This document shows positions 1 to 8,072 of a DNA stretch of 64,000 nucleotides, one piece after another (within the stretch, counting starts at the first letter, position 1; the number at the start of each line of letters is the position of its first letter). Origin of the DNA: a virus (lineage: Duplodnaviria; Heunggongvirae; Uroviricota; Caudoviricetes); IMG/VR virus record IMGVR_UViG_3300028898_000252, positions 29,946 through 93,945 of that record; one strand, 5' to 3'. Position numbers and translations under genes: made by a program. A model generated the notes under the pieces. It saw nothing but the letters and a program-made list of their open reading frames with translations, was not told the origin of the DNA and did not search any database.

Positions 1-225
1 CTGGACTGTAATCATCTCCATACTTCGGAACTTTCTTATATTGATATACTTGATGTATTTTTATCATTTTAGTTTCCTTTTATAAACTACTGTAATTAAC
101 AACATGATAAGTTTAAAAGATTTTTTGTTTGACAAAGAAGACGAAATCCCAGAAAAATACTTGAGTCTTGAAAAAAAATAAAACTTGGAATCGAAGATTT
201 TTTATCGAAAAACAATCCAAAACAA

Positions 226-732
226 TTGGATCTTTTAATTCCTCAACTTAAAAACATTATCAAAGATAAGTTTGAGGAATTTGATAAAATTTATACTGTA
301 TATCGTGGAATGGCTTTAAGCCGCAAAGAATTTAAAGAAATTTTCTGGTCTGTATTAACTCCAAAACAAAAAACATTGTTTTATAAAATGGAAGATGGAT
401 TACAAGATCCTGTTGATTTTGAAATCATAAAAGATTTTAAACTTAAACCAAAAAAGGCAAGATATATTCAATCTTGGACTTCTCAAAAAGATGTTGCCCT
501 GAGTTTTACAAGTGGAGGAGAAGTTACCGTGTTGTGTGTTGCCAAAACAGAAACTCCTAATTTGTTTTTTGGAGAACCTGGGGAACTTGTTAAGTTTACC
601 AAAGATGGATTCTCAGAGGAGAAAGAAACAATTTCAATTGGAACAGTTAAGTGTTCTGTTTATTTTGGTCCAAGCGTTGCAAACCTTGGTATTCAAAAAG
701 ATCTTAAAAGCAAGATATTTTCTTCCAAATAA
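226..732 (+). CDS. hypothetical protein; weak resemblance to the R-S-E ADP-ribosyltransferase motif order (YRG, SWTS, acidic patch)
   Basis: 168-aa ORF at the window edge. The true start is uncertain and the track starts at TTG. The motif resemblance is speculative. Confidence 0.45.
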   Translation: MDLLIPQLKNIIKDKFEEFDKIYTVYRGMALSRKEFKEIFWSVLTPKQKTLFYKMEDGLQDPVDFEIIKDFKLKPKKARYIQSWTSQKDVALSFTSGGEVTVLCVAKTETPNLFFGEPGELVKFTKDGFSEEKETISIGTVKCSVYFGPSVANLGIQKDLKSKIFSSK

Positions 733-923
733 GAATCAATATTTACAGTGACACCATTTGCAGTAACAAGGAAAAGGCAGGTGAATAACAATTTCAGCAA
801 GTCCAGATTGATAAATTAGTTTATTGCCGCCTTGAAAAAAAGGTTTATCTTTTTCTCTTTGTCTTTTTCTGAACTCATATCTTTTTTCTGCGTATGGACT
901 CATTGAATCTCTTGTCTTTTTAG

Positions 924-997
924 TGCGAATGATAGGAGTTGAACCTACACTAAACAGTTTCTAAGACTGTTGCCTCTGCCAGTTGGGCTACATTCGC
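924..997 (-). tRNA. tRNA with anticodon UAG (decodes CUN/Leu) but a short class-I variable arm
   Basis: Hand-folded cloverleaf. Acceptor GCGAATG/CATTCGC, anticodon stem ACAGT/ACTGT, loop CTTAGAA, T-arm GTAGG-TTCAACT-CCTAT, discriminator A. The long variable arm expected for bacterial tRNA-Leu is absent. Confidence 0.5.
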
Positions 998-1002
998 AAT
1001 TA

Positions 1003-1323
1003 TTAATAAAACCATTCTAAACCATCTGCTAAAACAACAGATTCATAACCATCATATTCTTCAATTCTAAAAGGACCGTCAATAGTTTGAACTTTTAGTT
1101 GAAAAGCTCCACCCATATAAGGCGGACGAGATGTTGGAAACTTTTCTTTCCAATCTTTTAAAAACTGTTCTTCAAGAATATGGTCTATTTCTTTTCCATT
1201 TTCGATAGCATCAATAAAAGGTTGATATTCAAACATAAACTGTTGTTCTTTTTTTGTTCCACTATACCAAGTGGTCCAACCAGCACCATATCCAGGGCTG
1301 TATAAAATCTTTTTTGTTTTCAT
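1003..1323 (-). CDS. hypothetical protein
   Basis: 106-aa ORF between tRNA genes. Confidence 0.45.
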   Translation of the reverse strand: MKTKKILYSPGYGAGWTTWYSGTKKEQQFMFEYQPFIDAIENGKEIDHILEEQFLKDWKEKFPTSRPPYMGGAFQLKVQTIDGPFRIEEYDGYESVVLADGLEWFY

Positions 1324-1348
1324 TGTTTTTTCTTTTGTTGAATTTTAG

Positions 1349-1420
1349 TTCGGGTAGCAGGATTCGCACCCACATAGCTAGAGTCAAAGTCTAGAGTCCT
1401 AACTGTTGGACGATACCCGA
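1349..1420 (-). tRNA. tRNA-Gln (anticodon UUG), non-canonical T-loop TGCGAAT
   Basis: Acceptor TCGGGTA/TACCCGA is perfect. D-stem GTCC/GGAC. Anticodon stem CTAGA/TCTAG, loop CTTTGAC. The T-loop has G at position 55. Confidence 0.55.
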
Positions 1421-1546
1421 ATAATGCCAGTTTGTTTTTACACAAGATCGCTGGCGTCTTATGGAGATGTTACCATCTCAGTTGGTTTGTATGCCGACTT
1501 TCAATGTATTTTTCTTTTTCCTCCTTGGGATTTTAAAACATGTGAC

Positions 1547-1759
1547 TTACATTCTTCCATAATCATCTTGAAATCGTTTAATATCAGATTCGTCACATGT
1601 TCCATATTGAATTTCAATTATTGTAAGGTCTTCGGTTGCAAGAATTTTATGTTTTTGTAATCTAGGAATAGATATTTGTTTTCCTGCATTAACAGATATT
1701 TCGCTTAGCAAATCAATTTCATCTCCTTGTTTAAGGACACCGCAACCATTTACAACCAC
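1547..1759 (-). CDS. hypothetical small protein
   Basis: 70-aa ORF between tRNA genes. Confidence 0.3.
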   Translation of the reverse strand: MVVNGCGVLKQGDEIDLLSEISVNAGKQISIPRLQKHKILATEDLTIIEIQYGTCDESDIKRFQDDYGRM

Positions 1760-1905
1760 CCAATGTTCATCGCGGCAATTATGAGATTGTAGCGAAATAC
1801 TATGATTAGCTTTTATAAAAAGCTTTTTATTTTAAAATTCAAACCTGTTTCGATTGTTTGAAACCATCCCCAAGGTCTCGTTTCTTTATCATCCATTTTA
1901 TTTTG

Positions 1906-1978
1906 TGCGTCCTCCAAGGATCGAACTCGGGACCAACAGATTAAAAGTCTGCTGCTCTACCAGCTGAGCTAAAGACGC
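1906..1978 (-). tRNA. tRNA-Lys (anticodon UUU)
   Basis: Acceptor GCGTCTT/AGGACGC. D-arm GCTC-AGCTGGTA-GAGC. Anticodon loop CTTTTAA. T-loop TTCGATC. Discriminator A. Confidence 0.8.
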
Positions 1979-1985
1979 ATATGTG

Positions 1986-2378
1986 TCACTCTTTCTTTTT
2001 AATATACCCAGATAAGAAACCATTTTTGTTATCTTCTAGTATTTCAAGAACAGAAAAAATGATTTGAGGTTTCTTGTCTGTTCCGTGATCGTATAAAATG
2101 TTTCCAGAATCAACATCAACACATGCATTGCTGTTACGACCTTCATACACCACATAATAAGTTGATTTCTTTTTCATTACTTGAAAAAGTGTTGATTGAG
2201 TTGGTGATCCAACAAGAAGTTTTCTGCCGCGAAAACAAAGTATAGAACTTTCTTTTGTTTCAAGTTCTTTAAGAACTCGTTTAACAGCATCAAAGACTTT
2301 TTGTCTTGATTTATGTTTCTTTCGAGCTGCGAGAAACTCTCCTGGATTCTTTTTCTTTTCTCTTTTTGAATCTGGCAT
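1986..2378 (-). CDS. hypothetical basic protein
   Basis: 130-aa ORF with a K/R-rich N-terminus, inside the tRNA array. Confidence 0.45.
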   Translation of the reverse strand: MPDSKREKKKNPGEFLAARKKHKSRQKVFDAVKRVLKELETKESSILCFRGRKLLVGSPTQSTLFQVMKKKSTYYVVYEGRNSNACVDVDSGNILYDHGTDKKPQIIFSVLEILEDNKNGFLSGYIKKKE

Positions 2379-2403
2379 TTTATTCTCTACTTGTTGAGTA
2401 TTT

Positions 2404-2479
2404 TGGAGCCCTTTATTGGATTTGAACCAATAACATCCAGTTTACAAAACTGGTGCTCTACCAATTGAGCTAAAAGGGC
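2404..2479 (-). tRNA. tRNA-Thr (anticodon UGU), CCA encoded
   Basis: Acceptor GCCCTTT/AAAGGGC. D-arm GCTC-AATTGGTA-GAGC. Anticodon stem CCAGT/ACTGG, loop TTTGTAA. T-arm ATTGG-TTCAAAT-CCAAT. Discriminator T followed by CCA. Confidence 0.8.
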
Positions 2480-2483
2480 GATA

Positions 2484-2555
2484 TAGCGGGAGGTGGATTT
2501 GAACCATCGTCTCAAGGGTATGAACCTTGCAAGAAAACCACTTCTCCATCCCGCG
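2484..2555 (-). tRNA. initiator tRNA-fMet (anticodon CAU)
   Basis: Architecture matches E. coli tRNA-fMet. 5' CGCGGGA with a 1:72 mismatch (C1:U72). Anticodon stem CAAGG/CCTTG, loop TTCATAC. T-loop TTCAAAT. Confidence 0.65.
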
Positions 2556-2653
2556 ATAGTTTTATTATTTATGGCCACATTCAGTTACGCTCTGATACCT
2601 GAAGTTTTTCAGACTTCCGTGCTGGAACTATCCACACCCTATGGCCGTTTATT

Positions 2654-3004
2654 TTATTCTTCTATATATTCATTAAGAAGATGTTCTGTTAACATAAATG
2701 TAAATTTTTGATGCGTTGATATATCTAACTCATTAATAAAATTCTCATAAACTTTAAGACTGTTGTCACAACTCTCTATACTTTTTTCTGTTTCTTCAAG
2801 TTTCTCTAAAAGAGACTCTGCTTTGTTTTTTAGTTTTCCGTGTACACTAACATTTGAATATTCAAAATATTTTTTAATAACAGAAACAACATAGTCTTTT
2901 GCCCTTAAAGAAAGAACTTCTTCAGAATCAAATGTTCCAAGAAACGTTAGTTTTTCTGAATCGTATTTTGCATATCTTTCGCAAAACAAAGAGTAAAGTT
3001 TCAT
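2654..3004 (-). CDS. hypothetical protein
   Basis: 116-aa ORF. Confidence 0.45.
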   Translation of the reverse strand: MKLYSLFCERYAKYDSEKLTFLGTFDSEEVLSLRAKDYVVSVIKKYFEYSNVSVHGKLKNKAESLLEKLEETEKSIESCDNSLKVYENFINELDISTHQKFTFMLTEHLLNEYIEE

Positions 3005-3019
3005 TTTGGTTTATCCTTT

Positions 3020-3388
3020 TCAAGAAACACTGTTAGCAACACAGATACCATAACTCACACCAAACTTCTTGGCAAGAGCTTTAAGTCGTTGCCGCGTTTT
3101 TCTTTCCACTTTTATTTCTGGAATGGTGTCGTGGTCGCCATCGCCAATGGTAAAGATTTTCGAGGCAGAAACCAAATAAACCGAACCCTCCCCTGTAAAA
3201 GCGTTTCCAGAATGGCTATACCTCAGTCCTTTTTCTTTAAGAAATCCTTCAAATAGATATTCTTCAAGTTTTATCAAAAACTTATGTTTGTCTCCGTCTT
3301 CCGTAAACTTTCTAGGATAAGTTTTTAAAATCTGTTCTTTGGTTACAATAAATCCAAAAAATAATTTTGTTGTGTATGATATGCTCAT
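3020..3388 (-). CDS. hypothetical protein
   Basis: 122-aa ORF. Its stop shares a 4-nt overlap with the start of the upstream NTPase gene. Confidence 0.45.
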   Translation of the reverse strand: MSISYTTKLFFGFIVTKEQILKTYPRKFTEDGDKHKFLIKLEEYLFEGFLKEKGLRYSHSGNAFTGEGSVYLVSASKIFTIGDGDHDTIPEIKVERKTRQRLKALAKKFGVSYGICVANSVS

Positions 3389-4950
3389 GATTGGTATATT
3401 GATTTTTCCGACGTAAAATGAGAAGTTGATTCTTTTTTCTCTTCTTTTTTTCCATCGTGGAAAATAGACCCAACAACTATCTCTGTATCGTTCTTATATG
3501 TAAAAACATGACGTTTTGTTGTTGTTGTTGTTTTACCCCCGAGGGCCTCGTTTTCAAAGGGAAACCAGCGTTGCTTAGTTTCATCTTTTTTAAAAGAAAG
3601 TCTCTTATCAACCTCAGATTTTCCTTTATAAGAAAAGTCTTTTTGAGCTATTTGGATCTGTTTGTTCCAAATTTCTCGAATTTTCTTTTCTTGTTCTTCC
3701 AAGGACATTCCTTTGATATTGATTGTTTCTTCTGGCGTGAACCAATGTTCAGGTCCTTGAGCAAGAGCACCCCCCGCATTTGTAACTTGTTTTGAAATTC
3801 TCGCTCCAAGTTTTCCATTATAGTCTTTGTAACTTATTCTTCCCGCAGCTAGTTCAAAAACTTCTTTATTAGCATAAACCCTTATTTTATGTCCTTTTTG
3901 GTGGTAGTGTGCAACTCTTAAATAAGCTTGCGCAAGTGTTCCATAATTGGGTTCTCCAGGTCTATGATCATGTAAAAATGCCAAATATTGATGAAATCCT
4001 AATTCTGTTGATCTTGTACATGTTTGATTTACTACTAATAAAGTTCTGTTTTTAAATTCTTGAAAATCTGAAACCAAATCTTTATATTGGTCCATCCAAT
4101 CGAATCCATTATAAGCATCAACTGCAAGAATCTTAATATTCTGTTGTGATAGCCTCGCTTGAACTTTTGATTTTCTGAAGGCATTATATAGACCTACGTC
4201 TTTTTCTCCACCAGTTAATCTTAATATTCCTATTGGTTTATCTTGTAAAGTTAACCACCAGTTAATAACTTCTTTTCCATGCTCTGTAAGGTCAGAACCA
4301 TCAAAAAATGAATGTGGCTCAAAAACCAAATCGTTTTCCAAAAACCAACTAGCACCTTTGTATAAAGGATTTGGTTTTAATTCAATTATTTTTGCAACTT
4401 TACCAAAGTCTGAATTTTCGGCTTCTTCGTTTGTTGCTGAATAACATACAAGTTTTATTTTTCGTTCTTTACAAATTTCAAAAATTTTTGAGAAAAGATT
4501 TTTAATTCCTGTTCCATAATCTGATTCGTCAAAATGTATAATCGCATTATTTGGGTTTTCTGTTTGTTTTAACTTTTGCAAAAGATTTCTTGAGTCTTTT
4601 GAAGACGCTAATACAATGACCTCTAATTTATACTGTTTCAATTCTTCAATTTGTTCTTTTGTATCTAGTCGATTTAAAGCTGTAATAAAATAATGTCTAT
4701 TTTGTACATCTTTTTGTGCATATGTTAATGCAACAATTTCAGCTATTTGTCTTTTGCCGCTTTTAACTGGTGCTTTAACTAATACGTTAGAATTATAGTC
4801 TAATGCCTTGGTAATTTCGACCGCACAATCAAACTGTTCTTTTCTATCCTTTTCAAACTCTAAAACATTCCAAGGATGTTGTCTTGGATTATTTTTTTCT
4901 CCTAATTCTGGACGATTATCCCTATACATCGTTGATTTCGTGTCAGTCAT
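3385..4950 (-). CDS. P-loop NTPase with Walker A, Walker B and motif III; terminase-large-subunit-like or SF2-like
   Basis: Walker A APVKSGKRQ. Walker B/DExD IIHFDESDYG. Motif III YSATNE. The 521-aa length and the Walker A-to-B spacing fit a phage terminase large subunit, but this is not proven. Confidence 0.6.
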   Translation of the reverse strand: MTDTKSTMYRDNRPELGEKNNPRQHPWNVLEFEKDRKEQFDCAVEITKALDYNSNVLVKAPVKSGKRQIAEIVALTYAQKDVQNRHYFITALNRLDTKEQIEELKQYKLEVIVLASSKDSRNLLQKLKQTENPNNAIIHFDESDYGTGIKNLFSKIFEICKERKIKLVCYSATNEEAENSDFGKVAKIIELKPNPLYKGASWFLENDLVFEPHSFFDGSDLTEHGKEVINWWLTLQDKPIGILRLTGGEKDVGLYNAFRKSKVQARLSQQNIKILAVDAYNGFDWMDQYKDLVSDFQEFKNRTLLVVNQTCTRSTELGFHQYLAFLHDHRPGEPNYGTLAQAYLRVAHYHQKGHKIRVYANKEVFELAAGRISYKDYNGKLGARISKQVTNAGGALAQGPEHWFTPEETINIKGMSLEEQEKKIREIWNKQIQIAQKDFSYKGKSEVDKRLSFKKDETKQRWFPFENEALGGKTTTTTKRHVFTYKNDTEIVVGSIFHDGKKEEKKESTSHFTSEKSIYQS

Positions 4951-4980
4951 TTTATTACCATAAACTTTTAAAGAAATATC

Positions 4981-5037
4981 AAGAAAGCAAAAAGACTAGT
5001 TTCATTCTCCTTGATTTTAGAAGGAAGTCTTTTTATG
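4981..5037. repeat. tRNA-spacer inverted-repeat element, copy 1
   Basis: AAGAAA(A)CTAG ... TAGAAGGAAGTTT(T)CTTAT. A 9-bp stem AAGAAAACT/AGTTTTCTT flanks a loop of about 28 nt. Confidence 0.6.
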
Positions 5038-5046
5038 GCTTGATAT

Positions 5047-5121
5047 TGGAGCGGCCAGCGAGATTCGAACTCGCAACACTCTGTTTGGAAAACAGAAACT
5101 CTACCGTTGAGTTATGGCCGC
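5047..5121 (-). tRNA. tRNA-Gly (anticodon UCC), CCA encoded
   Basis: Acceptor GCGGCCA/TGGCCGC. D-arm ACTC-AACGGTA-GAGT. Anticodon stem TCTGT/ACAGA, loop TTTCCAA. T-arm GCGAG-TTCGAAT-CTCGC. Confidence 0.8.
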
Positions 5122-5134
5122 AGAAAAAAGTAGG

Positions 5135-5190
5135 AGAGCAAAGAAACTAGTTTTTATAATCCTTTATACTTTAGAAGGAAGTTTCTCTAT
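5135..5190. repeat. tRNA-spacer inverted-repeat element, copy 2
   Basis: Same AAGAAACTAG ... TAGAAGGAAGTTTCT consensus as copy 1. Confidence 0.55.
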
Positions 5191-5454
5191 AGCCTACTAT
5201 GGAAACGTCAATGAACAACAAAACATAAGTTACATGCTTTGCGGCGCTGTTTCATGAGCTTGAACCAATGTCTAGCAACAAAAGAGGGTTTATTTCTTTT
5301 ATTCTAGAGAAAACAGCAAGGGGCATACCTCGATGGAACTCGTACGCCAAGAACATCATTCAAACAGTGTCTCTGTCTTCCATGAACTATAACTTACTTG
5401 AAGTTATTGACGTTCCTAAACCTCAACCCATCTGAGGTTGTACTTTGATACAAG

Positions 5455-5700
5455 AGAGCAAAGAAACTAGATTTCTGAAAAAGGAATAGAAGGAAGTTTC
5501 TTTATCTGTTCTCCAAAACTTACTTAAAATCATTTCTGATTTTAATGTTTGGTTCCTGTTTCTCGGACAAACTGGTTTTTAAACGAAAGTTTAAAAACGA
5601 ACTCTCATCTCCGCAGGCTTTTGATTCTACTTCCATAGAATTGGTTTCCGTGGAACCCACGGTACCTTTTAGCGGTTCCCCCGAGACTTGAACTCGGAAC
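5455..5700. repeat. segmental duplication unit A (about 245 bp; paralog of 6983-7225)
   Basis: Spacer IR element, then the shared stretch ttctccaaaacttac..tttctgattttaatgtttggttcctg..ttctc.gacaa, then gaactctcatctcc.caggcttttgattc, then the hairpin ccgtggaacccacgg followed by TACCTTTTAGCGG, ending at the 3' end of a tRNA. The two copies are about 90% identical. Confidence 0.6.
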
Positions 5701-5745
5701 CTTTTGCTTAACGGGCAAACACTCTACCAGTTGAGTTAGAGAACC
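5673..5745 (-). tRNA. tRNA-Asn (anticodon GUU)
   Basis: Acceptor GGTTCTC/GGGAACC. D-arm ACTC-AACTGGTA-GAGT. Anticodon stem TTTGC/GCAAA, loop CCGTTAA with C at position 33. T-arm CCGAG-TTCAAGT-CTCGG. Confidence 0.7.
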
Positions 5746-5759
5746 ATTTTATTTGTTGG

Positions 5760-5828
5760 TGGGAACCGTTGGATTTGCACCAACATCTCAAGCTTGAGTA
5801 GCCTGTGTTTTGCTTAAACTAAATTCCC
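5760..5828 (-). tRNA. tRNA-like element, degenerate; anticodon loop TACTCAA lacks U33; T-loop TGCAAAT
   Basis: Acceptor GGGAATT/GGTTCCC. A 4-nt D-loop. T-arm GTTGG-TGCAAAT-CCAAC. The anticodon region can also fold as the CTCAAGCTTGAG palindrome. Paralog of 7492-7563. Confidence 0.3.
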
Positions 5829-6102
5829 TTGTTTTGTTTCTGTAAAACAATATCTTTTATTCTTTTGGCCTTTTCCCTGGATGCTCCATAAACAAAAAGA
5901 TAAAAAGAGTTGAAAATGGAGGAATCCAGTACCAAATTGATATTACTATGTTTATGCTTGCCGCGATAAATAAAGTCCAATATCTAAACCTTTTATCTTT
6001 CCATCTTTGAAGAGGACTGCTTACATCTATTGTTGTAATTTTTGGATGTTGCCGCGGAATTTCTATTTTATACGGTTTCCGATATGGATTATCCATTTTA
6101 TT

Positions 6103-6178
6103 TGGTGAACCCGACAGGACTTGAACCTGCAACATTTTGGCTGCAAACCAAACACTCTCCCAATTGAGTTACGAGCCC
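6103..6178 (-). tRNA. tRNA-Ala (anticodon UGC), G3:U70 present, CCA encoded
   Basis: Acceptor GGGCTCG/CGGGTTC carries the G3:U70 Ala identity pair. Anticodon stem TTTGG/CCAAA, loop TTTGCAG. T-arm GCAGG-TTCAAGT-CCTGT. Confidence 0.8.
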
Positions 6179-6183
6179 TTATT

Positions 6184-6708
6184 TTATTGGTAATATTCCT
6201 TTGGTAAACTTACATTTACATTTTTCACTTCAATAATTTCTTTTGCCAAGAAACTTGTATGGCGATAATAGTATACTAAATTACCCATTTCTAAGTCAGA
6301 CCTTTTTACCAAAGTTTTTTCATATTCAATTAATTTTTTAATGGTTGAAAAATTGTTTATATTTTCTTTTAATTCCTTTTGCAAAGTTTTAATAAAACCT
6401 AAACCAACATTAGGATTATTTAAAATATTCCATTTAGCTGTTTTAAGGTCAACTTTACCAGAATAACGATTGCGTTCTCTAAGTGTATAAAAGAAATATT
6501 CTCCATCATCTCTCTTTATACAACAATCTCCACGTCTATATTCATCTTCTCCTCCATAATACGGAAATACTTCTGTTTTAAGAGAATCATCATTGACATT
6601 TTCAATCAAAAAATCAAAACGATTTAAATGCCTTATCAATAATTGTTCAACTATGTCTGTTTCATAGTCAAAGCAATAAATCTCTCCTCCATAGTTTAAC
6701 TGGTACAT
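6184..6708 (-). CDS. hypothetical protein
   Basis: 174-aa ORF between tRNA-Ala and the next tRNA. Confidence 0.5.
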   Translation of the reverse strand: MYQLNYGGEIYCFDYETDIVEQLLIRHLNRFDFLIENVNDDSLKTEVFPYYGGEDEYRRGDCCIKRDDGEYFFYTLRERNRYSGKVDLKTAKWNILNNPNVGLGFIKTLQKELKENINNFSTIKKLIEYEKTLVKRSDLEMGNLVYYYRHTSFLAKEIIEVKNVNVSLPKEYYQ

Positions 6709-6733
6709 CTTTATCTTTTCTTGAGGAATTTAG

Positions 6734-6804
6734 GAGTCAGGAATGGAATCGAACCATTGACCTCGCACTTCCACAGCACGGCTCTACCACTGAGCTACAC
6801 GACT
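6734..6804 (-). tRNA. tRNA-Pro-like (anticodon UGG), imperfect
   Basis: Canonical D-arm GCTC-AGTGGTA-GAGC and T-arm AATGG-TTCGATT-CCATT. The acceptor has one mismatch. The anticodon loop TGTGGAA has G at position 33. There is no spacer nucleotide 26. Confidence 0.4.
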
Positions 6805-6818
6805 CATATAAACACCAA

Positions 6819-6876
6819 GAAAGCAAGAAAACTAGTTTTTTCACCCTTTGAATTTTTAGAAGGAAGTTTTCTTATG
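6819..6876. repeat. tRNA-spacer inverted-repeat element, copy 4
   Basis: agcaagaaaactag ... tagaaggaagttttcttat, lying between tRNA-Pro-like and tRNA-Glu. Confidence 0.6.
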
Positions 6877-6886
6877 GCTTGGTGCT

Positions 6887-6963
6887 TGGTGATCCCAATG
6901 AGATTTGAACTCATATTTCTCATTCTGAAAAAATGGTAGCCTAAACCGTTAGCTGATGGGACC
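6887..6963 (-). tRNA. tRNA-Glu (anticodon UUC), CCA encoded
   Basis: Acceptor GGTCCCA/TGGGATC. Anticodon loop TTTTCAG on a 4-bp stem with one C:A mismatch. T-arm ATGAG-TTCAAAT-CTCAT is perfect. Confidence 0.7.
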
Positions 6964-6982
6964 ATAATAAAACATACAAACG

Positions 6983-7225
6983 AGGAAAGCAAGAAAACTA
7001 GTTTCATTCACATATTGATTTTAGAAAGAAGTTTCCTTATATTGTTCTCCAAAACTTACTCAAAACCATTTCTGATTTTAATGTTTGGTTCCTGCTTCTC
7101 AGACAAGCTGATTATTTCCCAAAAAGGAAATAATGAACTCTCATCTCCACAGGCTTTTGATTCGAAAGTTTTCATTCGAATCGGTTTCCGCGGAACCCGC
7201 AGTACCTTTTAGCGGAGTATGCGAG
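6983..7225. repeat. segmental duplication unit B (paralog of 5455-5700)
   Basis: See unit A. It ends at the 3' end of tRNA-Asp. Confidence 0.6.
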
Positions 7226-7284
7226 AATTGAACTCGCGACGCTCGGATGACAACCGAGTGTTATGACCATTTAACTAATACTCC
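7213..7284 (-). tRNA. tRNA-Asp (anticodon GUC)
   Basis: Acceptor GGAGTAT/ATACTCC is perfect. D-arm GTTA-AATGGTCA-TAAC. Anticodon stem CTCGG/CCGAG, loop TTGTCAT. T-arm GCGAG-TTCAATT-CTCGC. Confidence 0.8.
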
Positions 7285-7432
7285 TAGCAGTCGCCGATTG
7301 TTTTGCACAATCATTTTTGCTTGATTAAACCTTGTCTTATTTATTCGAGCTCGTGTTCCCGATAAAACAAACAAAGTTTGGGTTCATGCACTATTTTGCT
7401 GTTTAAACTAGGCGACTAGTATTGGATACAGG

Positions 7433-7486
7433 AGAGCAAGAAAACTAGATTTCTGAAAATGAATAGAAGGAAGTTTTCTTATTGCC
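7433..7486. repeat. tRNA-spacer inverted-repeat element, copy 6
   Basis: gagagcaagaaaactag ... tagaaggaagttttcttat, immediately downstream of the tRNA-like element at 7492-7563. Confidence 0.55.
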
Positions 7487-7491
7487 TGTAT

Positions 7492-7563
7492 TGGTGAGCC
7501 CCCTTGGATTTGCACCAAAATCTTTCGCATGGGCTGCGAATGTTTCGCTTAAACTATGAGCTC
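7492..7563 (-). tRNA. tRNA-like element, degenerate; anticodon loop AGCCCAT lacks U33; CCA encoded
   Basis: Paralog of 5760-5828, with the same short D-arm GTTT-AAGCG-AAAC and T-loop TGCAAAT. Anticodon stem TTCGC/GCGAA is perfect, but the loop is non-canonical. Confidence 0.3.
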
Positions 7564-8072
7564 TTCTGTTCGCTTAAATTGTCAAAGATCAACTCGTGTG
7601 TTACTTGTTTTGTTTTACCGAGTCTCTTCTTTCCTTCATCTTAGTCACCCTTGAGAGAGTGTCAAGTCGTCTTTTTACGTTGTGTTGAAGGTAGAAGTTA
7701 AATAGTAAGGAAAAATATATTTTCTTGAGTTACAAGAAAAAACTTTTTTGTTTATTTATTTGCTCCAAGCTTCGGACTTGAACCGAAGATTTGGGTATGT
7801 TTTGCCGTTAAACCACTTGGAGTTCCTTGGTTTTTTTAAATGGTCAAGGACCATTCTTGATTTTTTCATATCCTAACAGGAGGGAGATTGAGATTTAGGG
7901 GTTGATTGGTTTTATTTGTATGATTTCTTTTTCCAGGATTTAGTATTTGGCGGTGAAGCCTACCCTGTTTTAGATCACCAGATTGGTCAACCAATCAGCT
8001 GTTTATAGGTTTTCCGTGTAAAGGAATGCCGAGTGGCTACGGCGATATGAAAATCAAGAAAAAAGTTTTAGG

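Noticed and set aside
3385-4950. Confident call of terminase large subunit
   Set aside because: Walker A/B and an (S/T)xT motif are present and the size fits, but a C-terminal RNase-H-like nuclease motif set could not be recognised by eye. It is kept as a generic terminase-like or SF2-like NTPase.
4884-7212. Plus-strand ORFs 4884..5150, 6721..6939, 6804..7007 and 7015..7212, and minus ORF 5857..6135, overlapping tRNA genes and spacer repeats
   Set aside because: They are translations across tRNA genes and repeated spacer elements. They have no independent support and are treated as spurious.
7831-8030. Possible tmRNA or other structured ncRNA after the tRNA array
   Set aside because: There is no tRNA-like acceptor/T-arm pair and no tag reading frame. 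It contains only a few unremarkable hairpins.
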